A stretch of DNA of 64,000 nt, taken from NCBI GenBank assembly GCA_964016885.1, contig OZ024740.1, positions 35,650,001 to 35,714,000 on the forward strand, written 5' to 3'. Position 1 is the first letter of the stretch; each line of letters starts with the position of its first letter. Source of the DNA: Eledone cirrhosa (lineage: Eukaryota). Shown here piece by piece: positions 24,801 to 38,830 of this stretch. The position numbers were made by a program, and so were the translations under genes. Below the pieces are notes generated by a model. It saw only the letters and a list, made by a program, of their open reading frames with translations. It searched no databases and was not told the origin of the DNA.

Positions 24801-27800
24801 GATGTAAGGTGTTGTGGTTTAACAGGTGACAGTAAGATGTTAGGTGTTGTCTTTCAACAGGTGACAGTCAGATGTAAGGTGTTGTGGTTTAACTGGTGAC
24901 AGTTGAATGTAAGTTGTTGTGGTTTAACAGGCAACAGTTAGATGTAAGGTGTTGTGGTTTAACAGGCGACAGTTAGATGTAATGTGTTCTGGTTTAACAG
25001 GTGACAGTTAGATGTAAGGTGTTGTGGTTTAACAGGTGACAGTTAGATGTAAGGTGTTGTGTTTCAACAGGCGGCAGTTAGATGTAAGTTGTTGTGTTTT
25101 AACATGTGACAGTTGTATGTAAGTTGTTGTGGTTTAACAGGCGACAGTTAGATGTATGGTGTTGTGGTTTAACAGGCAACAGTTAGATGTAAGGTGTAGT
25201 GGTTTAACAGACGACAGTTAGATGTAAGGTGTTGTGGTTTAACAGGTGACAGTTAGATGTAAGGTGTTGGGGTTCAACAGGCGACAGTTAGATGGAAGGT
25301 GTTGTGGTTTAACAGGTGACAGTTAGATGTAAGGTGTAGTGGTTTAACAGGCGACGGTGAGATGTAAGGTATTTTGGTTTAACAGACGACAGTGAGATGT
25401 AAGGTGTTGTGGTTTAAAAGGTGACAGTTCGATGTAAGGTGTTGTGGTTTAACAGGTGACAGTTAGATGCAAGGTGTAGGAGTTTAACAAGCAACAGTTA
25501 GATGTAAGGTGTTGTGGTTTAACAGGTGACAGTTAGATGGAAGATTTTGTGGTTTAAAAGTCGACAGTTAGATGTAAGGTGTAGTGGTTTAACAGACGAC
25601 AGTTAGATGTAAGGTGTAGTGGTTTAACAGACGACAGTTAGATGTAAGGTGTAGTGGTTTAACAGGTGACAGTTAGATGTAAGGTATAGTGGTTTAACAG
25701 GCGACAGTTAGATGTAAGGTGTTGTGGTTTAAGAGGCGACAGTGAGATGTAAGGTGTTGTGGTTCAACAGGCGACAGTTAGATGTAAGGTGTTGAGGTTT
25801 AACAGGTGACAGTTAGATGTAAGGTGTTGTGGTTTAACAGGCGACAGTGAGATGTAAGGTGTAGTTGGTTAACGGGTGACAGTTAGATGTAAGGTGTTGT
25901 CGTTTAACAGGCAACAGTTAGATGGAAGGTGTTGTGGTTTAACAGGTGACAGTTAGATGTAAGGTATAGTGGTTTAACAGGCGACAGTGAGATGTAAGGT
26001 TTTGTGGTTTAACAGGTGACAGTTAGATGTAAGGTGTTGTGGTTTAACAGACGACAGTGAGATGTAAGGTGTTGTGGTTTAACAGGTGACAGTTAGATGT
26101 AAGATGTTGTGGTTTAACAGACGACAGTGAGATGTAAGGTGTTGTGGTTTAACAGGCGACAGTGAGATGTAAGGTGTTGTGGTTTAACAGGCGACAGTGA
26201 GATGTAAGGTGTTGTGGTTTAACAGGCGACAGTGAGATGTAAGGTGTAGTGGTTTAACAGGTGACATTTAGATGTATGATGTTGTCGTTAAACAGGCGAC
26301 AGTTAGATGTAAGGTGTTGTGGTTCAACAGGCGACAGTTAGATGTAAGGTGTTGTGGTTTCACAGGTGATAGTTAGATGTAAGATGTTGTGGTTTAAGAG
26401 GCGACAGTTAGATGTAAGGTGATGTGGTTCAATATGCGACAGTTAGATGTATGGTGTTGTGGTTTAACAGTCGACAGTGAGATGTAAGGTGTAGTGGGTT
26501 AACGGGTGACAGTTAGATGTAAGGTGTTGTCGTTTAACAGGCAACGGTTAGATGGAAGGTGTTGTGGTTTAACAGGTGACAGTTAGATGTAAGGTATAGT
26601 GGTTTAACAGGCGACAGTGAGATGTAAGGTGTTGTGGTTCAACAGGCGCAGTTAGATGTAAGGTTTTGTGGTGTAACAGGTGACAGTTAGCTGTAAGGTG
26701 TTGTGGTTTAACAGGCGACAGTGAGATGTAAGGTGTTGTGGTTTAACAGGTGACAGTTAGATGTAAGATGTTATGGTTTAACAGACGACAGTTAGATGTA
26801 TTGTGTTGTGGTTCAACAGACGACAGTTAGATGTATGGTGTTGTGGTTTAACAGGCGACAGTTATATGTAAGTGGTTGTGGTTTAACAGGTGACAGTTAG
26901 ATGTAAGGTGTTGTGGTTTAACAGGTGACAGTTAGACGTAAGGTATAGGGGTTTAACAGGCAACAGTTAGATGTAAGGTGGTGTGGTTTAACAAACGACA
27001 GTTAGATGTAAGGTGATGTGGTTCAACAGGCAACATATAGATGTAAGGTGTTGTGGTTTAACAGGTGACAGTTAGATGTACGGTGTTGTCTTTCAACAGG
27101 TGTCGGTCAGATGTAAGGTGTTGTGGTTTAACTGGTGACAGTTGTATGTAAGTTGTTGTGGTTTAACAGGCAACAGTTAGATGTAAGGTGTTGTGGTTTA
27201 ACAGGCGACAGTTAGATGTAATGTGTTCTGGTTTAACAGGTGACAGTTAGATGTAAGGTTTTGTGGTTTAACAGGTGACAGTTAGATGTAAGGTGTTGTG
27301 TTTCAACAGGCGACAGTTAGATGTAAGTTGTTGTGTTTTAACATGTGAGAGTTGTATGTAAGTTGTTGTGGTTTAACAGGCGACAGTTAGATGTATGGTG
27401 TTGTGGTTTAACAGGCAACAGTTAGATGTAAGGTGTAGTGGTTTAACAGACGACAGTTAGATGTAAGGTGTTGTGGTTTAACAGGTGACAGTTAGATGTA
27501 AGTTGTTGGGGTTCAACAGGCGACAGTTAGATGGAAGGTGTTGTGGTTTAACAGGTGACAGTTAGATGTAAGGTGTAGTGGTTTAACAGGCGACGGTGAG
27601 ATGTAAGGTATTTTGGTTTAACAGACGACAGTGAGATGTAAGGTTTTTGTGGTTCAAAAGGTGACAGTTCGATGTAAGGTGTTGTGGTTTAACAGGTGAC
27701 AGTTAGATGCAAGGTGTAGGAGTTTAACAAGCAACAGTTAGATGTAAGGTGTTGTGGTTTAACAGGTGACAGTTAGATGGAAGATTTTGTGGTTTAACAG

Positions 27801-30800
27801 GCGACAGTTAGATGTAAGGTGTAGTGGTTTAACAGACGACAGTTAGATGTAAGGTGTAGTGGTTTAACAGACGACAGTTAGATGTAAGGTGTTGTGGTTT
27901 AACAGGTGACAGTTAGATGTAAGGTGTTGGGGTTCAACAGGCGACAGTTAGATGTAAGGTGTGGTGGTTCAACAGGCGACAGTTAGATGTAAGGTGTCCT
28001 GGTTTAACAGACGACAGTTAGATCTAAGTTTTAGTGGTTCAACAGACGACAGTTACATGTAAGGTGTTGTGGTTTAACAGGTGAAAGTTAGATGTAAGGT
28101 GTAGTGGTTTAACAGACGGCAGTTAGATGTAAGGTGTAGTGGTTTAATAGGCGACAGGTAGATGTAAGGCGTAGTGGTTTAACAGACGAGAGTTAAATTT
28201 AAGGTGTTGTGGTTTAACAGGCGACAGTTAGATGTAAGGTGTTGTGGTTTAACAGACGTCAGTTAGATGTAAGGTGTTGTGGTTCAACGGACGAGAGTTA
28301 AATGTAAGGTGTTGTGGTTTAACAGACGTCAGTTAGATGTAATGAGTCGTTTAACAGTCGTTAGTTAGATGTAAGGTGTAGTGGTTTAAAAGGTGACTGT
28401 TAGATGTAAGGTGTTGTCGTTTAACAGGCGACAGTTAGATGGAAGGTGTTGTGGTTCAACATGCGACAGCTAGATGTATGGTGTTGTGGTTTAACAGGCG
28501 ACAGTGACATGTAAGATGTTGTGGTTTAACAGGTGACAGTGAGATGTAAGGTGTTGTGGTTTAACAGGCGACAGTGAGATGTAAGGTGTTGTGGTTCAAC
28601 AGGCGACAGTTAGATGTATGGTGTTGTGGTTTAACAGGCGACAGTGACATGTAAGATGTTGTGGTTTAACAGGCGACAGTGAGATGTAAGGTGTAGTGGT
28701 TTAACAGGTGACAGTTAGATGTAAGGTATAGTGGTTTAACAGGCGACAGTTAGATGTAAGGTGTTGTGGTTTAAGAGGCGACAGTGAGATGTAAGGTGTT
28801 GTGGTTCAACAGGCGACAGTTAGATGTAAGGTGTTGAGGTTTAACAGGTGACAGTTAGATGTAAGGTGTTGTGGTTTAACAGGCGACAGTGAGATGTAAT
28901 GTGTAGTTGGTTAACGGGTGACAGTTAGATGTAAGGTGTTTTCGTTTAACAGGCAACAGTTAGATGGAAGGTGTTGTGGTTTAACAGGTGACAGTTAGAT
29001 GTAAGGTATAGTGGTTTAACAGGCGACAGTGAGATGTAAGGTGTTGTGGTTCAACAGGCGACAGTGAGATGTAAGGTGTTGTGGTTCAACAGGCGACAGT
29101 TAGATGTAAGGTGTTGAGGTTTAACAGGTGACAGTTAGATGTAAGGTGTTGTGGTTTAACAGGCGACAGTGAGATGTAAGGTGTAGTTGGTTAACGGGTG
29201 ACAGTTAGATGTGAGGTGTTTTCGTTTAACAGGCAACAGTTAGATGGAAGGTGTTGTGGTTTAACAGGTGACAGTTAGATGTAAGGTATAGTGGTTTAAC
29301 AGGCGACAGTGAGATGTAAGGTGTTGTGGTTCAACAGGCGACAGTGAGATGTAAGGTTTTGTGGTTTAACAGGTGACAGTTAGATGTAAGGTGTTGTGGT
29401 TTAACAGACGACAGTGAGATGTAAGGTGTTGTGGTTTAACAGGTGACAGTTAGATGTAAGATGTTGTGGTTTAACAGACGACAGTGAGATGTAAGGTGTT
29501 GTGGTTTAACAGGCGACAGTGAGATGTAAGGTGTAGTGGTTTAACAGGTGACAGTTAGATGTATGATGTTGTCGTTAAACAGGCGACAGTTAGATGTAAG
29601 GTGTTGTGGTTCAACAGGCGACAGTTAGATGTAAGGTGTTGTGGTTTCACAGGTGATAGTTTGATGTAAGGTGTTGTGGTTTAAGAGGCGACAGTTAGAT
29701 GTAAGGTGTTGTGGTTCAACAGGCGACAGTTAGATGTATTGTGTTGTGGTTCAACAGACGACAGTTAGATGTATGGTGTTGTGGTTTAACAGGCGACAGT
29801 TATATGTAAGTGGTTGTGGTTAAACAGGTGACACTTAGATGTAAGGTGTTGTGGTTTAACAGGTGACAGTTAGACGTAAGGTGTAGGGGTTTAACAGGCA
29901 ACAGTTAGATGTAAGGTGTTGTGGTTTAACAGGCGACAGTTAGATGTAATGTGTTCTGGTTTAACAGGCAACAGTTAGATGTAAGGTGTTGTGGTTTAAC
30001 AGGTGACAGTTAGATGTAAGGTGTAGTGGTGTAACAGACGACAGTTAAATGTAAGGTGTAGTGGTTTAACAGACGACAGTTAGATGTAAGGTGTAGTGGT
30101 TTAACAGACGACAGTTATATGTAAGGTGTTGTGGATTAACAGCCGACAGTTTGATGTAAGTGTTGTGGTTTAACAGCCGACTGTTAGACGTAAGGTGTTG
30201 TGGTTTAACAGGTGACAGTTATATGTAAGGTGTTGTGGTTTAACAAACGACAGTTAGATGTAAGGTGTTGTGGTTCAACAGGCGACAGTTAGATGTAAGG
30301 TGTTGTGGTTTCACAGGTGATAGTTAGATGTAAGGTGTTGTGGTTTAAGAGGCGAGAGTTAGATGTAAGGTGTTGTGGTTCAACAGGCGACAGTTAGATG
30401 TATGGTGTTGTGGTTTAACAGGTGACAGTTAGATGTAAGGTGTTGTGGTTTAACAGGCGACAGTGAGATGTAAGGTGTAGTGGGTTAACGGGTGACAGTT
30501 AGATGTAAGGTGTTGTCGTTTAACAGGCAACAGTTAGATGGAAGGTGTTGTGGTTTAACAGGTGACAGTTAGATGTAAGGTATAGTGGTTTAACAGGCGA
30601 CAGTGAGATGTAAGGTGTTGTGGTTCAACAGGCGACAGTTAGATGTAAGGTTTTGTGGTTTAACAGGTGACAGTTAGATGTAAGGTGTTGTGGTTTAACA
30701 GGCGACAGTGAGATGTAAGGTGTTGTGGTTTAACAGGTGACAGTTAGATGTAAGATGTTATGGTTTAACAGACGACAGTTAGATGTAAGGTGTTGTGGTT

Positions 30801-32929
30801 CAACAGGCGACAGTTAGATGTATGGTGTTGTGGTTTAACAGGTGACAGTTAGATGTAAGGTGTTGTGGTTTAACAGGCGACAGTGAGATGTAAGGTGTAG
30901 TGGGTTAACGGGTGACAGTTAGATGTAAGGTGTTGTCGTTTAACAGGCAACAGTTAGATGGAAGGTGTTGTGGTTTAACAGGTGACAGTTAGATGTAAGG
31001 TATAGTGGTTTAACAGGCGACAGTGAGATGTAAGGTGTTGTGGTTCAACAGGCGACAGTTAGATGTAAGGTTTTGTGGTTTAACAGGTGACAGTTAGATG
31101 TAAGGTGTTGTGGTTTAACAGGCGACAGTGAGATGTAAGTGGTTGTGGTTTAACAGGTGACAGTTAGATGTAAGGTGTTGTGGTTTAACAGGTGACAGTT
31201 AGACGTAAGGTGTAGGGGTTTAACAGGCAACAGTTAGATGTAACGTGGTGTGGTTTAACAAACGACAGTTAGATGTAAGGTGTTGTGGTTCAACAGGCAA
31301 CATATAGATGTAAGGTGTTGTGGTTTAACAGGTGACAGTTAGATGTTAGGTGTTGTCTTTCAACAGGTGACAGTCAGATGTAAAGTGTTGTGGTTTAACA
31401 GGTGACAGTTGTATGTAAGTTGTTGTGGTTTAACAGGCGACAGTGAGATGTAAGGTGTTGTGGTTTAACAGGCGACAGTGAGATGTAAGGTGTTGTGGTT
31501 CAACAGGCGACAGTTAGATGTATGGTGTTGTGGTTTAACAGGCGACAGTGACATGTAAGATGTTGTGGTTTAACAGGCGACAGTGAGATGTAAGGTGTAG
31601 TGGTTTAACAGGCGACAGTTAGATGTAAGGTATAGTGGTTTAACAGGCGACAGTTAGATGTAAGGTGTTGTGTTTTAAGAGGCGACAGTGAGATGTAAGG
31701 TGTTGTGGTTCAACAGGCGACAGTTAGATGTAAGGTGTTGTGGTTTAACAGGCGACAGTGAGATGTAAGGTGTAGTTGGTTAACGGGTGACAGTTAGATG
31801 TAAGGTGTTGTCGTTTAACAGGCAACAGTTAGATGGAAGGTGTTGTGGTTTAACAGGTGACAGTTAGATGTAAGGTATAGTGGTTTAACAGGCGACAGTG
31901 AGATGTAAGGTTTTGTGGTTTAACAGGTGACAGTTAGATGTAAGGTGTTGTGGTTTAACAGACGACAGTGAGATGTAAGGTGTTGTGGTTTAACAGGTGA
32001 CAGTTAGATGTAAGATGTTGTGGTTTAACAGACGACAGTGAGATGTAAGGTGTTGTGGTTTAACAGGCGACAGTGAGATGTAAGGTGTTGTGGTTTAACA
32101 GGCGACAGTGAGATGTAAGGTGTTGTGGTTTAACAGGCGACAGTGAGATGTAAGGTGTAGTGGTTTAACAGGTGACAGTTAGATGTATGATGTTGTCGTT
32201 AAACAGGCGACAGTTAGATGTAAGGTGTTGTGGTTCAACAGGCGACAGTTAGATGTAAGGTGTTGTGGTTTCACAGGTGATAGTTAGATGTAAGATGTTG
32301 TGGTTTAAGAGGCGACAGTTAGATGTAAGGTGTTGTGGTTCAACAGGCGACAGTTAGATGTATGGTGTTGTGGTTTAACAGGTGACAGTTAGATGTAAGG
32401 TGTTGTGGTTTAACAGGCGACAGTGAGATGTAAGGTGTAGTGGGTTAACGGGTGACAGTTAGATTTAAGGTGTTGTCGTTTAACAGGCAACAGTTAGATG
32501 GAAGGTGTTGTGGTTTAACAGGTGACAGTTAGATGTAAGGTATAGTGGTTTAACAGGCGACAGTGAGATGTAAGGTGTTGTGGTTCAACAGGCGCAGTTA
32601 GATGTAAGTTTTTGTGGTTTAACAGGTGACAGTTAGATGTAAGGTGTTGTGGTTTAACAGGCGACAGTGAGATGTAAGTTGTTGTGGTTTAACAGGTGAC
32701 AGTTAGATGTAAGATGTTATGGTTTAACAGACGACAGTTAGATGTAAGGTGTAGTGGTTTAATAGGCGACAGGTAGATGTAAGGCGTAGTGGTTTAACAG
32801 ACGAGAGTTAAATTTAAGGTGTTGTGGTTTAACAGGCGACAGTTAGATGTAAGGTGTTGTGGTTTAACAGACGTCAGTTAGATGTAAGGTGTTGTGGTTC
32901 AACGGACGAGAGTTAAATGTAAGGTGTTG

Positions 32930-35900
32930 TGGTTTAACAGACGTCAGTTAGATGTAATGAGTCGTTTAACAGTCGTTAGTTAGATGTAAGGTGTAGTGGT
33001 TTAAAAGGTGACTGTTAGATGTAAGGTGTTGTCGTTTAACAGGCGACAGTTAGATGGAAGGTGTTGTGGTTCAACATGCGACAGCTAGATGTATGGTGTT
33101 GTGGTTTAACAGGCGAAAGTGACATGTAAGATGTTGTGGTTTAACAGGTGACAGTGAGATGTAAGGTGTTGTGGTTTAACAGGCGACAGTGAGATGTAAG
33201 GTGTTGTGGTTCAACAGGCGACAGTTAGATGTATGGTGTTGTGGTTTAACAGGCGACAGTGACATATAAGATGTTGTGGTTTAACAGGCGACAGTGAGAT
33301 GTAAGGTGTAGTGGTTTAACAGGTGACAGTTAGATGTAAGGTATAGTGGTTTAACAGGCGACAGTTAGATGTAAGGTGTTGTGGTTTAAGAGGCGACAGT
33401 GAGATGTAAGGTGTTGTGGTTCAACAGGCGACAGTTAGATGTAAGGTGTTGAGGTTTAACAGGTGACAGTTAGATGTAAGGTGTTGTGGTTTAACAGGCG
33501 ACAGTGAGATGTAAGGTGTAGTTGGTTAACGGGTGACAGTTAGATGTAAGGTGTTTTCGTTTAACAGGCAACAGTTAGATGGAAGGTGTTGTGGTTTAAC
33601 AGGTGACAGTTAGATGTAAGGTATAGTGGTTTAACAGGCGACAGTGAGATGTAAGGTGTTGTGGTTCAACAGGCGACAGTGAGATGTAAGGTTTTGTGGT
33701 TTAACAGGTGACAGTTAGATGTAAGGTGTTGTGGTTTAACAGACGACAGTGAGATGTAAGGTGTTGTGGTTTAACAGGTGACAGTTAGATGTAAGATGTT
33801 GTGGTTTAACAGACGACAGTGAGATGTAAGGTGTTGTGGTTTAACAGGCGACAGTGAGATGTAAGGTGTAGTGGTTTAACAGGTGACAGTTAGATGTATG
33901 ATGTTGTCGTTAAACAGGCGACAGTTAGATGTAAGGTGTTGTGGTTCAACAGGCGACAGTTAGATGTAAGGTGTTGTGGTTTCACAGGTGATAGTTTGAT
34001 GTAAGGTGTTGTGGTTTAAGAGGCGACAGTTAGATGTAAGGTGTTGTGGTTCAACAGGCGACAGTTAGATGTATTGTGTTGTGGTTCAACAGACGACAGT
34101 TAGATGTATGGTGTTGTGGTTTAACAGGCGACAGTTATATGTAAGGTGTAGTGGTGTAACAGACGACAGTTAGATGTAAGGTGTAGTGGTTTAACAGACG
34201 ACAGTTATATGTAAGGTGTAGTGGTTTAACAGACGACAGTTATATGTAAGGTGTTGTGGATTAACAGCCGACAGTTTGATGTAAGTGTTGTGGTTTAACA
34301 GCCGACTGTTAGATGTAAGGTGTTGTGGTTTAACAGGTGACAGTTATATGTAAGGTGTTGTGGTTTAACAAACGACAGTTAGATGTAAGGTGTTGTGGTT
34401 CAACAGGCGACAGTTAGATGTAAGGTGTTGTGGTTTCACAGGTGATAGTTAGATGTAAGGTGTTGTGGTTTAAGAGGCGAGAGTTAGATGTAAGGTGTTG
34501 TGGTTCAACAGGCGACAGTTAGATGTATGGTGTTGTGGTTTAACAGGTGACAGTTAGATGTAAGGTGTTGTGGTTTAACAGGCGACAGTGAGATGTAAGG
34601 TGTAGTGGGTTAACGGGTGACAGTTAGATGTAAGTTGTTGTCGTTTAACAGGCAACAGTTAGATGGAAGGTGTTGTGGTTTAACAGGTGACAGTTAGATG
34701 TAAGGTATAGTGGTTTAACAGGCGACAGTGAGATGTAAGGTGTTGTGGTTCAACAGGCGACAGTTAGATGTAAGGTTTTGTGGTTTAACAGGTGACAGTT
34801 AGATGTAAGGTGTTGTGGTTTAACAGGCGACAGTGAGATGTAAGGTGTTGTGGTTTAACAGGTGACAGTTAGATGTAAGATGTTATGGTTTAACAGACGA
34901 CAGTTAGATGTATTGTGTTGTGGTTCAACAGACGACAGTTAGATGTATGGTGTTGTGGTTTAACAGACGTCAGTTAGATGTAATGAGTCGTTTAACAGTC
35001 GTTAGTTAGATGTAAGGTGTAGTGGTTTAAAAGGTGACTGTTAGATGTAAGGTGTTGTCGTTTAACAGGCGACAGTTAGATGGAAGGTGTTGTGGTTCAA
35101 CATGCGACAGCTAGATGTATGGTGTTGTGGTTTAACAGGCGACAGTGACATGTAAGATGTTGTGGTTTAACAGGTGACAGTGAGATGTAAGGTGTTGTGG
35201 TTTAACAGGCGACAGTGAGATGTAAGGTGTTGTGGTTCAACAGGCGACAGTTAGATGTATGGTGTTGTGGTTTAACAGGCGACAGTGACATGTAAGATGT
35301 TGTGGTTTAACAGGCGACAGTGAGATGTAAGGTGTAGTGGTTTAACAGGTGACAGTTAGATGTAAGGTATAGTGGTTTAACAGGCGACAGTTAGATGTAA
35401 GGTGTTGTGGTTTAAGAGGCGACAGTGAGATGTAAGGTGTTGTGGTTCAACAGGCGACAGTTAGATGTAAGGTGTTGAGGTTTAACAGGTGACAGTTAGA
35501 TGTAAGGTGTTGTGGTTTAACAGGCGACAGTGAGATGTAAGGTGTTGTGGTTCAACAGGCGACAGTGAGATGTAAGGTTTTGTGGTTTAACAGGTGACAG
35601 TTAGATGTAAGGTGTTGTGGTTTAACAGACGACAGTGAGATGTAAGGTGTTGTGGTTTAACAGGTGACAGTTAGATGTAAGATGTTGTGGTTTAACAGAC
35701 GACAGTGAGATGTAAGGTGTTGTGGTTTAACAGGCGACAGTGAGATGTAAGGTGTAGTGGTTTAACAGGTGACAGTTAGATGTATGATGTTGTCGTTAAA
35801 CAGGCGACAGTTAGATGTAAGGTGTTGTGGTTCAACAGGCGACAGTTAGATGTAAGGTGTTGTGGTTTCACAGGTGATAGTTTGATGTAAGGTGTTGTGG

Positions 35901-38830
35901 TTTAAGAGGCGACAGTTAGATGTAAGGTGTTGTGGTTCAACAGGCGACAGTTAGATGTATTGTGTTGTGGTTCAACAGACGACAGTTAGATGTATGGTGT
36001 TGTGGTTTAACAGGCGACAGTTATATGTAAGGTGTAGTGGTGTAACAGACGACAGTTAGATGTAAGGTGTAGTGGTTTAACAGACGACAGTTATATGTAA
36101 GGTGTAGTGGTTTAACAGACGACAGTTATATGTAAGGTGTTGTGGATTAACAGCCGACAGTTTGATGTAAGTGTTGTGGTTTAACAGCCGACTGTTAGAT
36201 GTAAGGTGTTGTGGTTTAACAGGTGACAGTTATATGTAAGGTGTTGTGGTTTAACAAACGACAGTTAGATGTAAGGTGTTGTGGTTCAACAGGCGACAGT
36301 TAGATGTAAGGTGTTGTGGTTTCACAGGTGATAGTTAGATGTAAGGTGTTGTGGTTTAAGAGGCGAGAGTTAGATGTAAGGTGTTGTGGTTCAACAGGCG
36401 ACAGTTAGATGTATGGTGTTGTGGTTTAACAGGTGACAGTTAGATGTAAGGTGTTGTGGTTTAACAGGCGACAGTGAGATGTAAGGTGTAGTGGGTTAAC
36501 GGGTGACAGTTAGATGTAAGTTGTTGTCGTTTAACAGGCAACAGTTAGATGGAAGGTGTTGTGGTTTAACAGGTGACAGTTAGATGTAAGGTATAGTGGT
36601 TTAACAGGCGACAGTGAGATGTAAGGTGTTGTGGTTCAACAGGCGACAGTTAGATGTAAGGTTTTGTGGTTTAACAGGTGACAGTTAGATGTAAGGTGTT
36701 GTGGTTTAACAGGCGACAGTGAGATGTAAGGTGTTGTGGTTTAACAGGTGACAGTTAGATGTAAGATGTTATGGTTTAACAGACGACAGTTAGATGTATT
36801 GTGTTGTGGTTCAACAGACGACAGTTAGATGTATGGTGTTGTGGTTTAACAGACGTCAGTTAGATGTAATGAGTCGTTTAACAGTCGTTAGTTAGATGTA
36901 AGGTGTAGTGGTTTAAAAGGTGACTGTTAGATGTAAGGTGTTGTCGTTTAACAGGCGACAGTTAGATGGAAGGTGTTGTGGTTCAACATGCGACAGCTAG
37001 ATGTATGGTGTTGTGGTTTAACAGGCGACAGTGACATGTAAGATGTTGTGGTTTAACAGGTGACAGTGAGATGTAAGGTGTTGTGGTTTAACAGGCGACA
37101 GTGAGATGTAAGGTGTTGTGGTTCAACAGGCGACAGTTAGATGTATGGTGTTGTGGTTTAACAGGCGACAGTGACATGTAAGATGTTGTGGTTTAACAGG
37201 CGACAGTGAGATGTAAGGTGTAGTGGTTTAACAGGTGACAGTTAGATGTAAGGTATAGTGGTTTAACAGGCGACAGTTAGATGTAAGGTGTTGTGGTTTA
37301 AGAGGCGACAGTGAGATGTAAGGTGTTGTGGTTCAACAGGCGACAGTTAGATGTAAGGTGTTGAGGTTTAACAGGTGACAGTTAGATGTAAGGTGTTGTG
37401 GTTTAACAGGCGACAGTGAGATGTAAGGTGTAGTTGGTTAACGGGTGACAGTTAGATGTAAGGTGTTTTCGTTTAACAGGCAACAGTTAGATGGAAGGTG
37501 TTGTGGTTTAACAGGTGACAGTTAGATGTAAGGTATAGTGGTTTAACAGGCGACAGTGAGATGTAAGGTGTTGTGGTTCAACAGGCGACAGTGAGATGTA
37601 AGGTTTTGTGGTTTAACAGGTGACAGTTAGATGTAAGGTGTTGTGGTTTAACAGACGACAGTGAGATGTAAGGTGTTGTGGTTTAACAGGTGACAGTTAG
37701 ATGTAAGATGTTGTGGTTTAACAGACGACAGTGAGATGTAAGGTGTTGTGGTTTAACAGGCGACAGTGAGATGTAAGGTGTAGTGGTTTAACAGGTGACA
37801 GTTAGATGTATGATGTTGTCGTTAAACAGGCGACAGTTAGATGTAAGGTGTTGTGGTTCAACAGGCGACAGTTAGATGTAAGGTGTTGTGGTTTCACAGG
37901 TGATAGTTTGATGTAAGGTGTTGTGGTTTAAGAGGCGACAGTTAGATGTAAGGTGTTGTGGTTCAACAGGCGACAGTTAGATGTATTGTGTTGTGGTTCA
38001 ACAGACGACAGTTAGATGTATGGTGTTGTGGTTTAACAGGCGACAGTTATATGTAAGGTGTAGTGGTGTAACAGACGACAGTTAGATGTAAGGTGTTGTG
38101 GTTTAACAGACGACAGTTATATGTAAGGTGTTGTGGATTAACAGCCGACAGTTTGATGTAAGTGTTGTGGTTTAACAGCCGACTGTTAGATGTAAGGTGT
38201 TGTGGTTTAACAGGTGACAGTTATATGTAAGGTGTTGTGGTTTAACAAACGACAGTTAGATGTAAGGTGTTGTGGTTCAACAGGCGACAGTTAGATGTAA
38301 GGTGTTGTGGTTTCACAGGTGATAGTTAGATGTAAGGTGTTGTGGTTTAAGAGGCGAGAGTTAGATGTAAGGTGTTGTGGTTCAACAGGCGACAGTTAGA
38401 TGTATGGTGTTGTGGTTTAACAGGTGACAGTTAGATGTAAGGTGTTGTGGTTTAACAGGCGACAGTGAGATGTAAGGTGTAGTGGGTTAACGGGTGACAG
38501 TTAGATGTAAGGTGTTGTCGTTTAACAGGCAACAGTTAGATGGAAGGTGTTGTGGTTTAACAGGTGACAGTTAGATGTAAGGTATAGTGGTTTAACAGGC
38601 GACAGTGAGATGTAAGGTGTTGTGGTTCAACAGGCGACAGTTAGATGTAAGGTTTTGTGGTTTAACAGTTGACAGTTAGATGTAAGGTGTTGTGGTTTAA
38701 CAGGCGACAGTGAGATGTAAGGTGTTGTGGTTTAACAGGTGACAGTTAGATGTAAGATGTTATGGTTTAACAGACGACAGTTAGATGTATTGTGTTGTGG
38801 TTCAACAGACGACAGTTAGATGTATGGTGT
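32930..38830 (+). repeat. Three tandem copies of a ~1.9-2.0 kb higher-order unit
   Basis: ATGAGTCG at 32957, 34983 and 36869 (offsets 2026, 1886). CAGCCGACAGTTTG at 34265, 36151 and 38142 (offsets 1886, 1991). Offsets differ by whole monomers. Confidence 0.9.
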